Assembly (NCBI GenBank): GCA_013239625.1
Contig: MU054220.1
Location: forward strand, 3,411,374-3,475,373
Length of the DNA: 64,000 nucleotides
Source of the DNA: Lama guanicoe
Taxonomy: Eukaryota
Direction: 5' to 3'
Both the position numbers and the translations under genes were made by a program. Of this stretch, positions 1-14,349 are shown in pieces. Below the pieces are notes generated by a model. It saw only the letters and a list, made by a program, of their open reading frames with translations, did no database searches and was not told the origin of the DNA. How positions within the stretch are numbered: the first letter of the stretch is position 1; every line of letters begins with the position of its first letter.

Positions 1-2439
1 CGTGGGTTCTAATCTGTATCACCCAGGTTCTTGGGGCCCCTACAAACCCAGGTCTAATTGAGGTGGTTACTATATTTCAGCATTATTTCTTCATGTTGGC
101 ATTTCCAGGCCAGTGTGATGTCAGGAGGAGGAGCCTTGATCCCCTACGGTGTCAGTCCGCTGCACACACACAAACCTTTCCACCGAGGAGTTCCATAAGT
201 GCTAATTAGGCAAAGGGCGTTTTAATTGATTCATATTATAGAAATTCCTGGGAGAGTTTTACACGGTGTTTAAGAGCGTTACTGTAATATACAGTGATAT
301 TTTGGGAAGTTGATTGAGGTTTCAGGTAGACTTGGAATGCATTATAATTTTTTCCATTTAAAATAATGGAATATGAGTGACTACTTTCTGAAATTCACTA
401 GGCAGCATGTTTCCATGAACAGATTAGAGTCAAATAATGAGGGGGTGGTTGCATATATGAATATGTGCATATGCATACATGAATGTGAATACATACAGTT
501 ACATATATGAATAAGAGAAAAAGGGAGGAGCATCCAATGGGAATTCTGTGAAATTGACTCAATCCATCTGGCAGAGACTCTAGGGTACTTTGACATATTT
601 CATTGACTACCTCCGGCCCTAGACTCATTAAGTTTAAGATGTACTTTTCCTTTATAGAAAAATTGAGCAGGCAGATAGCAAGAGGTGAGAAGAAATGTTG
701 AATGACTGCATGAGTCAGCGGATGGATGGATAGATGAATGCGGAGGAGGGGATTCATGGGGCTGCCGCCTCTGCCTGCAGCCAAAATAAAAATCACAAGC
801 ACAAGAGTGCAGGGGAAGACTCTGAGCTTGCGGAAGAATCCCTGTGCTCACCTTCAGTGACACAGCCAGGAATCAAGACAAGCCTGGAGGGTGTGGCAGC
901 TTCACTTTCCACTGGTTTCCCTCCCTGCAAGTCTCTGTTCAGCGGCTAACATTGGAGACAGTTTTAAAAAATATTCTGCAGCAAAGGCCGATGAGAGAAT
1001 ACCCCGGAAGACCATGTTTTACTTGGAAAATCATTATAAGCCACACGGTTTTGGACTTGCTGCTCAGGGTGGCCTGATGAGAGGAATGTAAGTTACTGAG
1101 TCAGGATAGTGAAGACTCTGGTCTTCAAGTAGAATTAAGACTGATGTTTTGGAGAGGAGAGCATCTGAATGTGAAGGGAAGTTTGGGGAAAAGCCGTTTG
1201 GTTGGGCAACGAGAAGGCTTGATGGAAACAGCTGCAGAATGAAGCATAGGATGACTTCAGTGAGCTCGAAGCTCATTCTGTGTTCCAAATCCCCTCCTCC
1301 TTTCCCACAGGGCACCCCCACCCCAAGCATCTTAGAATGTGTTTCCGTTTCCAGCACAGTCAATCCACAAAGAACAGGCAAGCCAACGGGAGAGACATAC
1401 AGTGAAGGCAGTGATGGCATGTCAAGAGACGGAACTCCATGGGAAAATATCAACACGGTCTCGAGGGCTGTTAGGCACTTTCCTTGCAAATGCATCATCT
1501 AATAAACTTGTCTCTTACCACGAGAGTGGGATGGATCCTTTAAGCAGCAACACGACTGTCGCCCTTTGTGCAACAGTCTCCTTTCAAAGCTGGTAGAGAC
1601 AAAGAACGGGAAGGACAGGAGATTAGGTATCCCATGGGTAGCCACTGCATAGTAGACTTGCTTGATTTTGGATACCCACCAGAATTCATTTTAGGTAAGA
1701 ACAACCCAGTTTTTTGAGACCACTCAAAAGAGGAAATTGCCTCTTAGAAGGAAAATGTTCATTTCATGATCAAGCGGCTGAGATATGATAGGAAGTAAAT
1801 TAGACTTAGACCCCAAACCTGAATTTGAATTCAACCTCCACTGTTTTCCAGCTAAATGACCTTGATCATTCTGAATCACACTTTTCTCATCACCAAAGCA
1901 GAGGTGATAATAATGAGGTTCTCTACGATAATACTGAAGACTAAATGATATAATGCTGGGAAGCACGCAAGAGACTCAGCCCCTGGCTACCACCCAGAGT
2001 ATGTTTCAGGTATCTCTGAATTATTTTCTCATATTATCCTTTTATCAAAGCAATGCCTTGCCTGTGTATTCACTACACAGAAAAGAGAGAGTTCATTAAA
2101 AATATTCCAGATGTGAAAAATGAAAAGTTTCTGTTAGAACTGGAAGGGGGGGGGTCATGAATGTTATACTGCTAGGATATTCCTTCATTCAAAAAATATT
2201 TCTCTTTTAAAAGTTAATTTATTTATTTTATTTAACCATTTTAATTTAACTGCTGTGGCCGACGAAAAGAAATGGGGCTCCTGTGACTCCTGTGGGTGGC
2301 CTTGGGAGGACGCACGAATTGCAACAATACACCAAATGGTTACCACATTAATAAGTGGTATGAACAATTAAGTTATAATTAAAATTATTCCTATGAATGA
2401 TTAGATTTCACATACGAGATGAGTGGAAGGGATGAAACA

Positions 2440-2620
2440 CTTGGGCTTTGGGTTCCAGTTCCAATCTGCCCGTCACTTGCTGTGTGACAGTGGGCTAGTA
2501 TCTTAACTTTTTTGTGCCTCAATGTGGCCATCTGTGAACGGTGTCATTGTCACCGGATTGTTGTGAGAATTTAGTCAGATAATCCAGGTAAGGCAGTGCT
2601 GAGAATGTAAGTGCTAGGCT
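2440..2620 (+). mobile_element. MIR SINE
   Basis: gggttccagttcca...acttgctgtgtgac...cttaac...tgtgcctcaatgtggccatctgtgaa...gattgttgtgagaatt. Confidence 0.65.
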
Positions 2621-5600
2621 GGAAATCATCCCTTTATGTCCAGAACCATTCTCCGCATCCTTCTCCCCTTCTTCCTCTCCCTACTCCTGCCCAAACCTAC
2701 CCCATTTTCTACCCACCTGTGCACTGGCCCCAGAAGGCCAGGTCTAGGTTTGTGAACAGTGCCCAGCTACTCCTGACCCCAGGATATTTCCCACTACTTG
2801 TTAGTTTCCTTAACCCTCCACACCTTTGTAAACACCTGCTTTATGAAACTGCCCTCAATTACCCACTTGGAATGTGCCATCTGCTCCTGCCACAACCTTT
2901 ATTGATTGGCTACTCAATCAATGTTAGCTGTTATTACTGCTCCTAATAATTAATCACAATAAAAGGAGAGTCAGTAGGTCAGGGAGAGTATACACAAATT
3001 GGCCAAGATTGGGGTCCACACGATAAAGCCCTCTGTTTGCACAAGGCTTCATTGTTTAGAAAACACTTTCATTTTCCTGTTTGACCTAGCACCTAGCGTG
3101 GTGCTCTGCATGGCTCGAAGCTTGTAACATGTGCTTGCCACACAGACACACCTGCAGGTCAGAAGGTTTAGGGCTGTGACTCATTTCAAAAAGCTCCAAA
3201 TGAGCTGAGGAAAAATATTTGGCATTCATAGTGATATTTATAGAGCCAAATATTCTGATGTTACTGACCTTCTGTGGTCAAATCATATTCTGTGACAACA
3301 TTATGCAGACTGCTCAAGTGTTGGCCCATGTGATGCAGAAGGGAAATCTGATAGATTTGGATCCTGTTTGAAAGAAGGAACAGCTACATCTATGGATGCT
3401 ACTCACTGGCTTTGAATCTGCTGAAGTGACAGCTGGGAGGAGAATATTAGAAGAAGCCCCTCAGTGGCCGTCTCTTGAAATCTCCTTGCTGATTTCCCAT
3501 TAAAGTCACACGGAAGAACCAATCTGTTGCCCAAACATTGCTGTGGCTATGGACATCCAGTGAGATTCAGAGATTATGTTTTTTGGAAAAGGAGACCTGA
3601 AAGGTAATAATGGAGGTACTTTTCTTTGATGCACCTCTTTTGGATTCTTCCCTCTCACTACACATCACTCCAGCCCAAGCACTGTCCACTCCACTTCCTT
3701 GGGGAAGTCTCTGGAGGCCCTTCACAGCCTGCACCATTCCTTTGCAAACCCATTTCTCAACCCCCACCTTTCCCTTCAGCCAATTTGCCAGACCCCCCAC
3801 ATCCTGAGCGTGCACCCCTCTGTACCCACACTGCTGCCGTTCTCTCCATTTGAGATACCTCTACCTCTCTTCTCTGTAGTCATCCTTGAATGTTGGGCTG
3901 AAGCCCCTCCTCCAGGAAGCCTTCTCTGATCTCACTGACTCACAGGAACTCCTCTTTAGGTCTTCTGTAGCACACAGTCCAGACATTTGGCCTTTTAAGA
4001 CTGTTTTCTCTACTTCTTGATCTTTTTATAAGTATGCATCAGGAAGATCGGAGAGCATTCATTTTGCATATCAACTTATTGTTAGTGGCTTCCTGGAGCC
4101 CTGAGCTGAACAGACTGTGTCTGATCACAGCAGGAAAGAATGCTTGGATTGATTAGTCATGTCTGCCATGGGCAGAGGGTAGGAGAATTGTAGCATAAGC
4201 ACTTCATGTTTCCCATTTATAGAATATCTCACCTCCACCATTGGATGGTAAACTTCCAGAGGGCAGAGAATTATTTATGTATCTTCCATGATACATAGGG
4301 TGGGTGACTACATAGTTAGTTGGCAGCAAACGTGCTGATTTCTGTTTGGACAGAAATCTGAGGGTTGCTTAACTGGAGGGTTTTGGCTTAAAACCAAAAT
4401 ATAAGGAGAATCTAGTAAAACAGTCTCTGTCCTGCTTTGAAGCCTTGGTTTACAACTTGGCTGTTTTTCACACCACCAGCTTAGAAATCAATGTGCTTTC
4501 CAAGTATCTGCACCTGAGTGGAAGGAAGTCTTCAATGAGTGGTTTTCTGTACTTTTTCTCTGAGCTGCACCACTTTTGATGGGTGCTATTCACATACTTG
4601 AAGGATTCTGCAGAATTCACCTCCTTTCTCTCCCACTCAGAAATCTTAATCAGATTGCAAATGTATGAAAGAAGTATTGTTATAAGAAAAACCCCAAAAG
4701 TGCTCTAATCAATTTTCCAAATGGGTAAAAACAAACAAAAAAAAGCATCCAACTTCAGTACGCTAGCTCTCATGTGTAACATATTGGCATAATTACAAGC
4801 TTGGAAATCATTACCTTCATTTATGGTTTCGTCAGTTATCCAAGTATCATAAAATCAAAGAATCCTACAACTGTTCTGAAACAGGATCTGAATTCAGTGT
4901 CAAGGAAACTGGCACATAACCAGCCTTTTCAGCCTTTAATACCCAAATGACTGTCTTATATTAAAAACATAGCTCCCACAAATCAGAAACTGAGGAAAAA
5001 AATCTAAAGTATTCGAATGGACACTGTTGCTTAAGACCATCGAGACCAACACTAAATAAGCATGCGTGTTCCCATCTCATCAAAGTCAGTGATGATGCAA
5101 GGCTGAGATCCTCCTCCTACAAATGGGCTCAGTTTAAAGAAAGACTTTTAAGTCCCTAGTAAACCAATACAGTGGAGAGGGTAGTGGAATTTTAAAAGTT
5201 AAAGCCTGGCTGAGGGACTTGGCTCAGGGACAAAACCCACTGCCAACAGCCACGCTCTGGTGGCTGGAGATGGGAGGATAAGGATGGATAGTTGGGGAGA
5301 GAAGACTGTGTTTGAACCCCAGTTTGCTGACCAGGGGAGTTTTCTGTGACCTTTCAAAATATTCTAGCCTTGAAACAATGCTTCTGACGAGTGCTGATGT
5401 GGTCATAACATAGTCTTGACCGTGTCTTGGCACACATCACAAGTGAAACACATTTTCTGCACAAGGAATGTCAAACTCAGTTCAGAACTGAGAGCAATAA
5501 GAAAGCTGATGCCCAAACACCCAGGCAGGTCATTCCAGCAGCCAGACACCTGGGTGAGGAGGGGCATGGGGTCATCAGTCTAATGACATGGCACCTGCCA

Positions 5601-5729
5601 GCAAATCAGAAGCAATGATCTAGACGTTTCCATTTTTACCTATTTATCCAGAGACATAGGCCCCAGAGAACCATGTCACAGAGTGTCATTTGGCAACACT
5701 GGCTTGATCCAAGTGCTTGGTCGTGGTCC

Positions 5730-5960
5730 AAGCCTAGGTCTGTCATAGATTAGCTGTGGGATCCTGGACAAGTTTCTATCTCTCTGAGTTTAAATTTCCT
5801 CCTCTGTAGAGTAAAGAATTAGGATATTTTTATTTATTGATATAAGGGTATAGAAAAAGGGAAATAGTAGCCACTTTTCTGTAGGGTTTTGTGAGAATTA
5901 AATACAATAAAGTCTGTTGAGCTTTGCAGAGCATCTGGTACAGAGGAAGTGGGCAGGAGA
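5730..5960 (+). mobile_element. MIR SINE (interrupted)
   Basis: tagctgtgggatcctggacaagtt...ctctgagtttaaatttcctcctctgta...gggttttgtgagaattaaat. Confidence 0.6.
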
Positions 5961-6699
5961 TGGCAGCCGTATTGCCCTTTCAGGCATGGTGATGCGACCG
6001 ATGGAGCCGCTGCAGGCACGACTTACGAGAATCTCTAAGCAAGATCACGCCGTTGTGTGGTTTCCAGCCCTGTGGAATTACTATTTTTAAAATCTGTTTT
6101 TGAATTCTGGGTCATCCAGAAGTGGTGGGATAATGGCAACACCCATAGTCCCTCCTCTTCTCATGAGGCTTTAAGTGTTAGTGGTACCCGCTGTTCTCTG
6201 CACACACTGCAGGCTTTCATGCTGCTGCCTTGGCCCAGAAAACCCTTCTCCACTTCTCCAGCTGTCAAATCGCTGTCTGGGTTTTGGGGTAGAAGGCATC
6301 GACCAAAAGTCAGAGTCTCTCAGTCTTTATGAAATTCTCCTCCCCACTCCCCTATACCCCACCTTGTACCCTCCCCAGGCAAAGTTTGATGTACTCCTGT
6401 TTACTCTGTCTCGTATTTTCTGGTCCCCATCATGGCGGTTATTAGTATACCAATCCCCCCACCGCCTACTCCTCCCCATACACGCAGTGTCTGCTATGGT
6501 CTCCATCGCGTAAAAGATTCTCAATGTCAAACAATGATGGATGGAATCAATGCATAGCTGGCTGGGGCAGGAGATGGAGGTGGGATATCCTCCCCCCAGC
6601 CCCTGCAGGCTTTTCCTTAGATCTATCCAAGACTTTAGAAAGATAACAGACCACTGCATCTTTGGTTCCTTGGTCTCTCCCAGGTAGCGAAGCTCATGG

Positions 6700-6915
6700 C
6701 CAGGCTGTAAAGCCTGCAAGCTCCACAGTCGCGTGCCCGGGTTCGAATCCCAGCTCTGTGTCTAGTTAACTATGTGACTTCAGACTAAGTCCTCTGTGCC
6801 TTAGTGTCCTCCTCTGTTAAGGAGGATAACAATAAAGCCTCCCTCATGAAGCACTGAGGTTTAAATAGAGCCTTATGAGTAAATTGCTTACACTTGTACC
6901 TGAAACATGATTAAT
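6700..6915 (+). mobile_element. MIR SINE
   Basis: gggttcgaatcccagctctg...tatgtgactt...ctctgtgccttagtgtcctcctctgttaa. Confidence 0.7.
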
Positions 6916-9809
6916 GAGAGATGATCTTCCCTCCTCCAAATTTTTAGCTCAGGAAGCCTTTCCTGACCCTCATATTCTTAGCGGACACAACATTTCCTCC
7001 CACTCACCCCCATTACCATGTATCCCTGTCTTGATAGGACTTATTTCTGAGATTGCTTTTTTGCTTCTACTGGTTTCTTGCTCCCTACCCCACTGGAAAT
7101 GCCCACTCCACGAGAAAAATGGGCAGTGTTGTTCCTGCAGCTGACAAGCATCTAGAGATTCTATAATCGTTGAACAAATGATTGAAAGAATGACTACCAG
7201 TGGAGAAAGGGTTTGCACCGCGACTGGCGGTTATTCTTGGTTGTGGCTCATTCTTGCTTATTTGGGAGCAGTGCACTTATCCGGCTGGCAGGTGGCCTAA
7301 CCCTCAAGGCTAACCCACCGATCAACCTCCTAGTTTGTTGCGTTAGATACCAGGTAGTGGGCAGGGAGTGTGCTGGGTCACCCACAAACTGGCCTTTTCA
7401 GAATTTAAAATAACCAGGGAGGGGAAAGAGACTAGCAGGAGGCAAGTCTCAAGGGAAGGGGATCTGAGAAGGGATTGGGGGCACAACCCTTAATGAACAG
7501 AAGAGAAGGGGTTGGAAGGGATAACGAAAGATGTGCGGTGCTGGGTTACCATGGAAACACTGCGTGGAGCCTGGACAGGAAGACAGGCTGCTTCTTCAAA
7601 GTGAATTTCAACTTTGCAGCTTGAAATATGCCCTCCCCCTGGGACCTGACCCTGTGGAAACACCCATAAGCAGCCAAGAAGTAGAGATTCTTGTACCAGC
7701 GGCTCCCCAGGAACTGGAGATCTACCAGAATTAGAACTGTTGGTGGGGAGCCAAGAGGACATGACTGAGAGGAAGAGCGTGTCTGTGATCAGCTCATCAC
7801 ACAAGAGGACGTTTCTCCATCTACCCTGCCTGGAGTTCTGGGACCTCCCCCAAACCAGGGCCTTCCCACGTGAGCCCCAGGGACCACTGCGTCACAGTCA
7901 CTCTGGGGAGCTTCTTAGACACGCAGATTCCCTAGGATCCACCAGAGCCTGGTCTCCAACCAAGCTGTGTTGTTTGAGAGCTTGAACTCTGACCACCCGG
8001 CCATATTTCAAACTCTGTAACGCATGTTACTATGCATAATTACCAGTGTTAAAGCCCAGAGTGACTGAAGCTGGCAGGTCCCCATCACCTGACCCAGCTC
8101 CCATCTGAGGGAGACTCCGCTGCGCTGAGCTGCAGACTCCAGCTGCAGCGGCCTGTGTTTGGCCTCATCTGAGCACTCTGTATCCAACTTTCTCCTCTCT
8201 GCCCTCTCATTTTCTAAAGTTCAAGTATAAAGGGCAAAGCCATCTGTTTCCATTTCCAGCTGGGTCTGATTCCCCTACCCCTGGATGCTGTGATGCGTTC
8301 AGATGGATGCCTCAGCGTGAAACCCCAAATTGATAAACAGTCTTTAGGTGAACAAATTAATTATGTCACAAAAGGGGTGACCTAACATCTCTAGTTAGGT
8401 TAGATGTTTGTTTACAGATCATTAACTGCATAATTAATTTCCCTTTTTTCAACATAAGCCCCACAGGAAAGGACTGCATCTGCCTTCTTCACTTCTGGGT
8501 TCCTAACTCTCAGCGTTGGACCTGGCCTGTTGTAGGGATCAATAAATATTTATTCATTAAATGAAAGTTTGCTACCCCTCCCCGCCACCATCTGTCTTAG
8601 CTGGGATTACTGGAAAGCTGTCTGCCAGAGAGTGCTGGGCTCTTCATCAGGAAGTGCCCTTCACCTATGCAGGATGGAGAGGGGGAGGGAGGGCGCACAC
8701 AGAGAGGGTTACTGAGCCAACTACCAGTTGGTGACAAAGGAGATTACTGGATCTGAAGGTGTCATCTTCTATAAAGCCACTGAACACCGCCGGGAGGTGC
8801 AGTGAGGAGGAAGGGAGGGTAATTCAGTGTCTGGCTTCCAGCACACCGAGGTCAAGTTCCCTCCATGGGGTTTTAACTCTTGACAGTTTGATTTGCCCTT
8901 GGGTGGACCCAGAGTGTCTCCGGGTGTCTCACACCTCAGCAGTCACTGAGAAGCCCTGGGCAGGTGGCAAGAGGGGTGTGGCGTGGGCGTGACATGAGGC
9001 ATTTGGGGCTGTGCCCACGTGAAGCTGATCAGAGTCCATGTAGGGCTGGCCCTGGTGGAGAGGAGCAAGTGGCCCACGGTCCCGGAGACAGGTGAGACAA
9101 GGACAACCCAAGGAGACACATCAGAACAGGCTGATGCACCAGTGAGGATGTTTCTCCCATCTCTGCCCCTGCAACGCCGCGCATGGCTGGGCATTCCCTA
9201 ACTGTTGAATGCCTGCTTCCACTGGACAACTTCCATGATTCATCCTGCGTCTCTCTTCCCAGACCCTCTTCCCTGGGTTCAAGGAGCATTGAAAAAGAGG
9301 AATCCTGCCCCTCCTACATCCGCTGTGTAAGGCTTGAGCTTGGGTCCTCCTGTGAGATCTGCTCCCCTGAGCGCCTCCTTCCTCCCAAGCATTCCTACGC
9401 TCCACCTATAATCCTTTCCCAGAATCCCTCCCTCAACTCCTAAACCTCTTTTCTGCTTCTTGGGCACTGAAGTTTAAACTATTTAAGTGGAAACATTGAT
9501 GCATTTGAAAGACATGGTGGAACCAGTGGTTTGAAATGCAATAAATAAGACTGTACAACGGAACGAGGTAGGTCATCAGCTGCTGCTTTTGCTCCTCGAA
9601 GAGGCCTGTGTTGCAGTCATCAGACTTGCCTCTCCACCGGGTCAAAGGCTAGAAATCATTCTCCACTAAAGGCAGCCACTGCCGCACAGGATGCTTTTGT
9701 TTGGATGCAGAGGGGTTCAGTGCAAGGTTCAGGGAGGATGTTTTTGCCTAGGCAGAATTTCTCTGCACCAGGGTCACGATCTCCTGTGATGCTCAGTAAA
9801 AATGCAGTG

Positions 9810-10110
9810 CATCCATTCGGAATGCTCTTGGCTGCAGGTCACAAAGCCCTCAATCCAAACAGTCTTCAACAATAAGAAAGACGTTCCTGTAACCAGAAGT
9901 GCAGAGGTAGGACAACTTTTAGATTTGGTTGAGTCAGTGTTTTAATGACACTGTCATCAGAGACACAGCTTCCTTCTGTCTCTCCGCTCTGTGGTCCACC
10001 TTGTTGGCTCTGTCCTAGGACTGGCTCACCCTGCAGTCATGAGACTGGACCACGTGTTTCCTGTCCAGCAGGGGACAAAATCTCTTCTAGTGCCATGGAA
10101 AGCAAGTCCT
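9810..10110. mobile_element. MLT1-type LTR fragment
   Basis: ggaatgctcttggctgcagg...gtcatcagagacacagcttccttctgtctctccgctctg. Confidence 0.5.
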
Positions 10111-10799
10111 TTCATTTTGTCTGGGGTGGTTTCCCCAGGGCAGGTGCCAATCCCTGGGCCAGAAACAGTCTCCAAGTTGCCAAGAATGGATAGAATCAGA
10201 ACAAACAGAAGCCCCCTCCCCTTCCCCGTCCCAAAGCTGGGGAGCAGAACCCAGAAAACCTGGTGACTTGGAGAGAAGGTGGTTGTGGGAGAAGATAGAG
10301 ATTGACAGAGGCCCAAGAAAAGCCCAGCCTGCTGCTCTGGTGTACATCTCACACACTCGTTGGTGGCTCCCAAGGTTCTCAGCAGCACAAAGTGAGACCC
10401 AGTGGGCAGGGAGGAGCGCGGACCCAGGCTGTGCAGAGACGGGAGGTGACACAGACTGAACCTCACTCAGCATTGAGCCCGATGATCATTTCCCCATTAA
10501 AAATGCAAAGTAAGCCAAACTGGATCAAACTGGGAGTTAATCAACATAGCTCTTCCGTAAAATGATTGAACTGAGATGAAACCAAATGTAAATGCAAAAG
10601 TCTCCCCCAAACCAGCTCACAGCCTCGGTTCTGGCCCCAACAAGTAACAGAACAGGATGACTCTGGGAAGAGGGTGTGGTCCAGCAGCCTGTGGGAAGCT
10701 GAGGGTTTTCATGCTGCTGAACAGGAGGGAGTCTCAGCTGGCCGAACCCTGGGATGCTACAAATGCCACTTAGAATCCAGCATCCAGAACAAACAGGGA

Positions 10800-10844
10800 T
10801 TTTCTTTCTTTCTTTCTTTCTTTTCTTTTTTTTTTTTTTTTTTT
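10800..10844. repeat. (TTTC)n-poly(T) simple repeat
   Basis: Directly visible. Confidence 0.9.
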
Positions 10845-12029
10845 GAGAAGCAGCTGCAGGGCAGTGGAAATGACACAGATTTGAAGCGAGAATGTCTGGA
10901 GTCTCGAGTATATAGCTCGTCAGTTGCATGACCTTGAAGCTCCTCCATCCTCCATTTCCTTATTGTGAAATAGTGTAATAAACATAACTCAGACTTAGAT
11001 GAAATCTTGGAGGTGGACACCGCTTTGCAGAGGACAAAAAGACATGGAAACATCAATCATTGCTCTGCGTGCCTCCACCTGGGGCCCAGCCCTCATCCTC
11101 ACCCCTCCCTCTACTTTCCAGGCCTGCCCTCCTACAAGTTCTAGCTCACATCACATCCTGGCTCCTCCCAGGCCCCCCGGGGCTCCTCTGCTTGCCCCCT
11201 CCCCACCCCACCGCATGCATTGTCTGCTCTCCCCCATCTGTTATTTACAAAGACTGTCTGCTGGCTGCTTTTGTACTGCAGTTCCTAATTGCCCAATATA
11301 CTATTATTTACTCTTCTGTTTGTGACTGTCTCCCCAGATCACCTGTACCTGCTAATAGAGAGCTGTGTCTCTCACGTCTTTGTAGCTCAGCAGTAGGAGT
11401 AAAACAAGCCTTGACATTATCTGTCGCTTGAAGTGACCTCTCAGAGAGGTGAAGTGACCTGCCAAACGTTATTCAGCTCGGGTGGCTGGGTCAGTACTAG
11501 AATTCTGGGCCCCTCGATGCCCAAGGACGCTCTCCATGGGGTGGAGGTACAAAAGGGGACCTGGCTTTGCAAATCATCCAGCTCCTCCCAGGGAGACTAG
11601 TGGAAGTGCGTAACAATGGTCAGCTTTGCTGTGAGGTGGTCCCTGCCTGGCAAAGACCTGAAGGCAGAAAAAAGATTAGGGGCCACTGGGGCAGTGGGCT
11701 CTGGGGCCAGGCTGGTCTAGGCTTGATACGGCCACTGCCCCTACTTTCTGATTCCAGGCAACCTCAGTCCATTGAACCCAGAAGTGCTTCTGGAGCCCAT
11801 ACATGCCAGGTGTTCTCAGCAGAGATCAGGACAGAGGTGTCCTGGCTTGGGCTGCATTGTAGGCTACCAGGCAGTGTTTCCATGGGAGAAATGAAGCATT
11901 TTATCCCCCCTAAGCCCTTTCAGGAGTTCTGAAGAACACATAAAGTGATGCAGGGGCAGCAGCCCTCAGGGTACTCACAGGAAGTGGGTCTCCAGGAGAG
12001 GCTGGTTCCTGCACCTGCCTCTTTAGTGC

Positions 12030-12330
12030 CTTCTTGTGGAATCCCCTTCCAATGTCCAGTCAATGAGGATAATTAGGAATGCCCCTGTCATCAAGCCCCA
12101 GCACCCCTCAGGAATGGTTGGGGACAGAGTCTCAACCAGGGCAGGATGTCCAGGAGTTGACCTTCCTCCAGGTAAAGAAAAGATGCCCTTTCCTCCAGGT
12201 GGACTAAGCCCTGCCCCAGGGCACACAGCTGAGCAAACGGTGCACCAACTGTATTTCAGCCCCCACTTGCTCCTCATCCAGGCATCTTTGTGCAGTGCAC
12301 AAACCACACAACTGAATCTGGCAGTCCTAG
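12030..12330 (-). mobile_element. MER102-like hAT element
   Basis: atttcagcccccacttgctcctc...ctttgtgcagtgcacaaaccacacaactg...gcagtcct. Confidence 0.55.
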
Positions 12331-13187
12331 CCACAGTGTATATTGCATGCTCCCTATGAGCAGACACTGTGCCTGGGACACAGCAGGAGCAAGACAAGAC
12401 GTAACCCCTTTGCTTTTGTAGCTCACACACTTGTGCAAGAGATGGACCACAAATAGGCCAGGCGCTGATGAAAACAACGTAAGGTGTGAGCAATGCTGTA
12501 AAGCAAAGCGCGGGATGTGGTGATAGGGAGGGACAGGCTTGAAGGAGGGGCTTAATTTAGAGCAGGTGGAGATGGGGTGGGTGGTTTGGGAGGAGGGATT
12601 GGGGGCCAGAAGCCAGATTCAGGAGAGTTCAGCCTGTTTGAGAAGCAGGGAGCTCAGTGGCTGGCGAGGGGTTTGGGGTGATGTCAGAAAAGTGAGCAGG
12701 GCCAGGCTGGGCAAGCATTTATAGTCACTGCAAGGTGTTTGGATTTTGTTCTGAGCATGGTGGGACCACTGATATTTCTGAGGTATGGGGTGGAGAAGCG
12801 GAGAGGGAGAAGAAATGAGAGCAGGACTAGGAGAAGAGAGAACAAAGAGGCATGCACAGATGATGTAGCAGAGGGAAGACTGCCCGCCATCGGCCCAGGT
12901 AACACCTGTCGTCACAGTTGCAGGGCGCACAGGGGATGGATGGACAGGGAGATGAATGAACAGGGCTGACATCGCAGCAGGCCCTGGGATGACTCACGAT
13001 GTCGTGGATTCTGCTGAGCTTGGGGAAGACATTTTACCTTCCCAGTTTGTACTCCTCAGAGTAGAAAGAACCCACTGTCCTTCCTCTGCCTCCCATGAGG
13101 TGGTCGGGTCATCTAGTCTCCCTGCTATGGGGGGAAAACAGGCAGGAAGTCCTCTCGTGGACTAATCAGAGTGACTTGTGTTTGCAG

Positions 13188-13413
13188 TTCAATGTCAAAA
13201 AGTCCACAGAGCCCGTCCAGCCCCGAGCTCTCCTCAAGTTCCCAGACATCTACGGACCCAGGCCAGCTGTGACAGCCCCGGAAGTCATCAACTATGCTGA
13301 CTACACGCTGAGGACCACAGCGGAGCCCGATGCACCTGCTAGCCCCCAGGCTCCGAATGACAGCCGCCTCAAGAGGCAGGTCACAGAGGAGCTGTTCGTC
13401 CTTCCTCAGAATG
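13188..13413 (+). CDS. SYT13: Synaptotagmin-13 coding exon 2 (linker; FNVKKSTEPVQP...LPQNG)
   Basis: Translation matches the recalled SYT13 sequence; tttgcag acceptor before 13188, G|gtaggg donor after 13413; 226 nt, phase 0 to 1. Confidence 0.96.
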
Positions 13414-13669
13414 GTAGGGCTCTCCCGCCCCTCACTGTTCTGTGGGTGGTACTCATTGGGGTCTGAAAGCTTCTCTGTAGACGCTGGGCGTGGCCAGCCC
13501 CAGTGTCCATGGCATTTGACAGTGGGCAAGCAGTAGGCACAGAACCCTGGAATTACGGTCCTTTATTCTGGCTGCGTGTTGCCACATTGCTTCTCCTGAG
13601 GCCTCCAGCTTTCTCCTGGGAAAGAGAGAATCCCTTTCAAGTGGTGTGTGCAACTATGGAGAGGGAATA

Positions 13670-13920
13670 AAGGGTCATGGTTAAGCTATGGGCTTCAGAG
13701 TCATGGGTTTAATTCTCTCCCCCTTTTATATACCCATGTGTGACCTTGATCATGTCGCTAATCTTTCTGGGCTTCCATTTCCTTGTATATAAAATGGGAT
13801 CCACTATCACCTGCCCAGTAGAGCTATTGTCAAGTGTAAATAAAATAATGCATATGAAGTGTTTAACTCAGGGCCTGAAACAAGGATGTCATCAGAACAT
13901 CCTTAATTATTATTGTTTCT
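13670..13920 (+). mobile_element. MIR SINE
   Basis: tggttaagctatgggcttcagagtca...tgtgtgaccttga...ctgggcttccatttccttgtatataaaatgggat. Confidence 0.7.
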
Positions 13921-14349
13921 ATTCTCCTTCTCAGCATCAGCATCCAGAGTGGAACGCCGTTAGGTGTCCAGTGCTGTGCTGGGCACTGGGGCAGCTATGG
14001 AAGCAGAGACAGTCCCTAACCCAAAGGAGTGTGCAGGCTTTTCTCAGGAGATAAAAAATACAGCCAGGACGATGGATTGTCCTGTGGTTTGGGGTTTTGT
14101 TTTGTGTGGCTGGAGGGGGAGGTGGTGGAAGCAGAAGCAGCAGAACAGGCTCTGACGTTGACCCCACGCCTAAGGCATCTCCCTGGCCTGTGTCCGGTAC
14201 CCACACTGGTCAACGGACAGGTGCCTCCCGCCCGGCCCAGCCCAGAACCACCGTGATTACGCTGGCATTTCTTCAAGAACAAGTTCAGATAGTGCCTTTG
14301 GCAGGAACAAATCCTGGTTGACTTTTAGCCTCCAGGTTTGCCAGCCCAG

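Noticed and set aside
263..450. Possible Tigger-type DNA transposon fragment
   Set aside because: Resemblance too weak to name or bound without a search.
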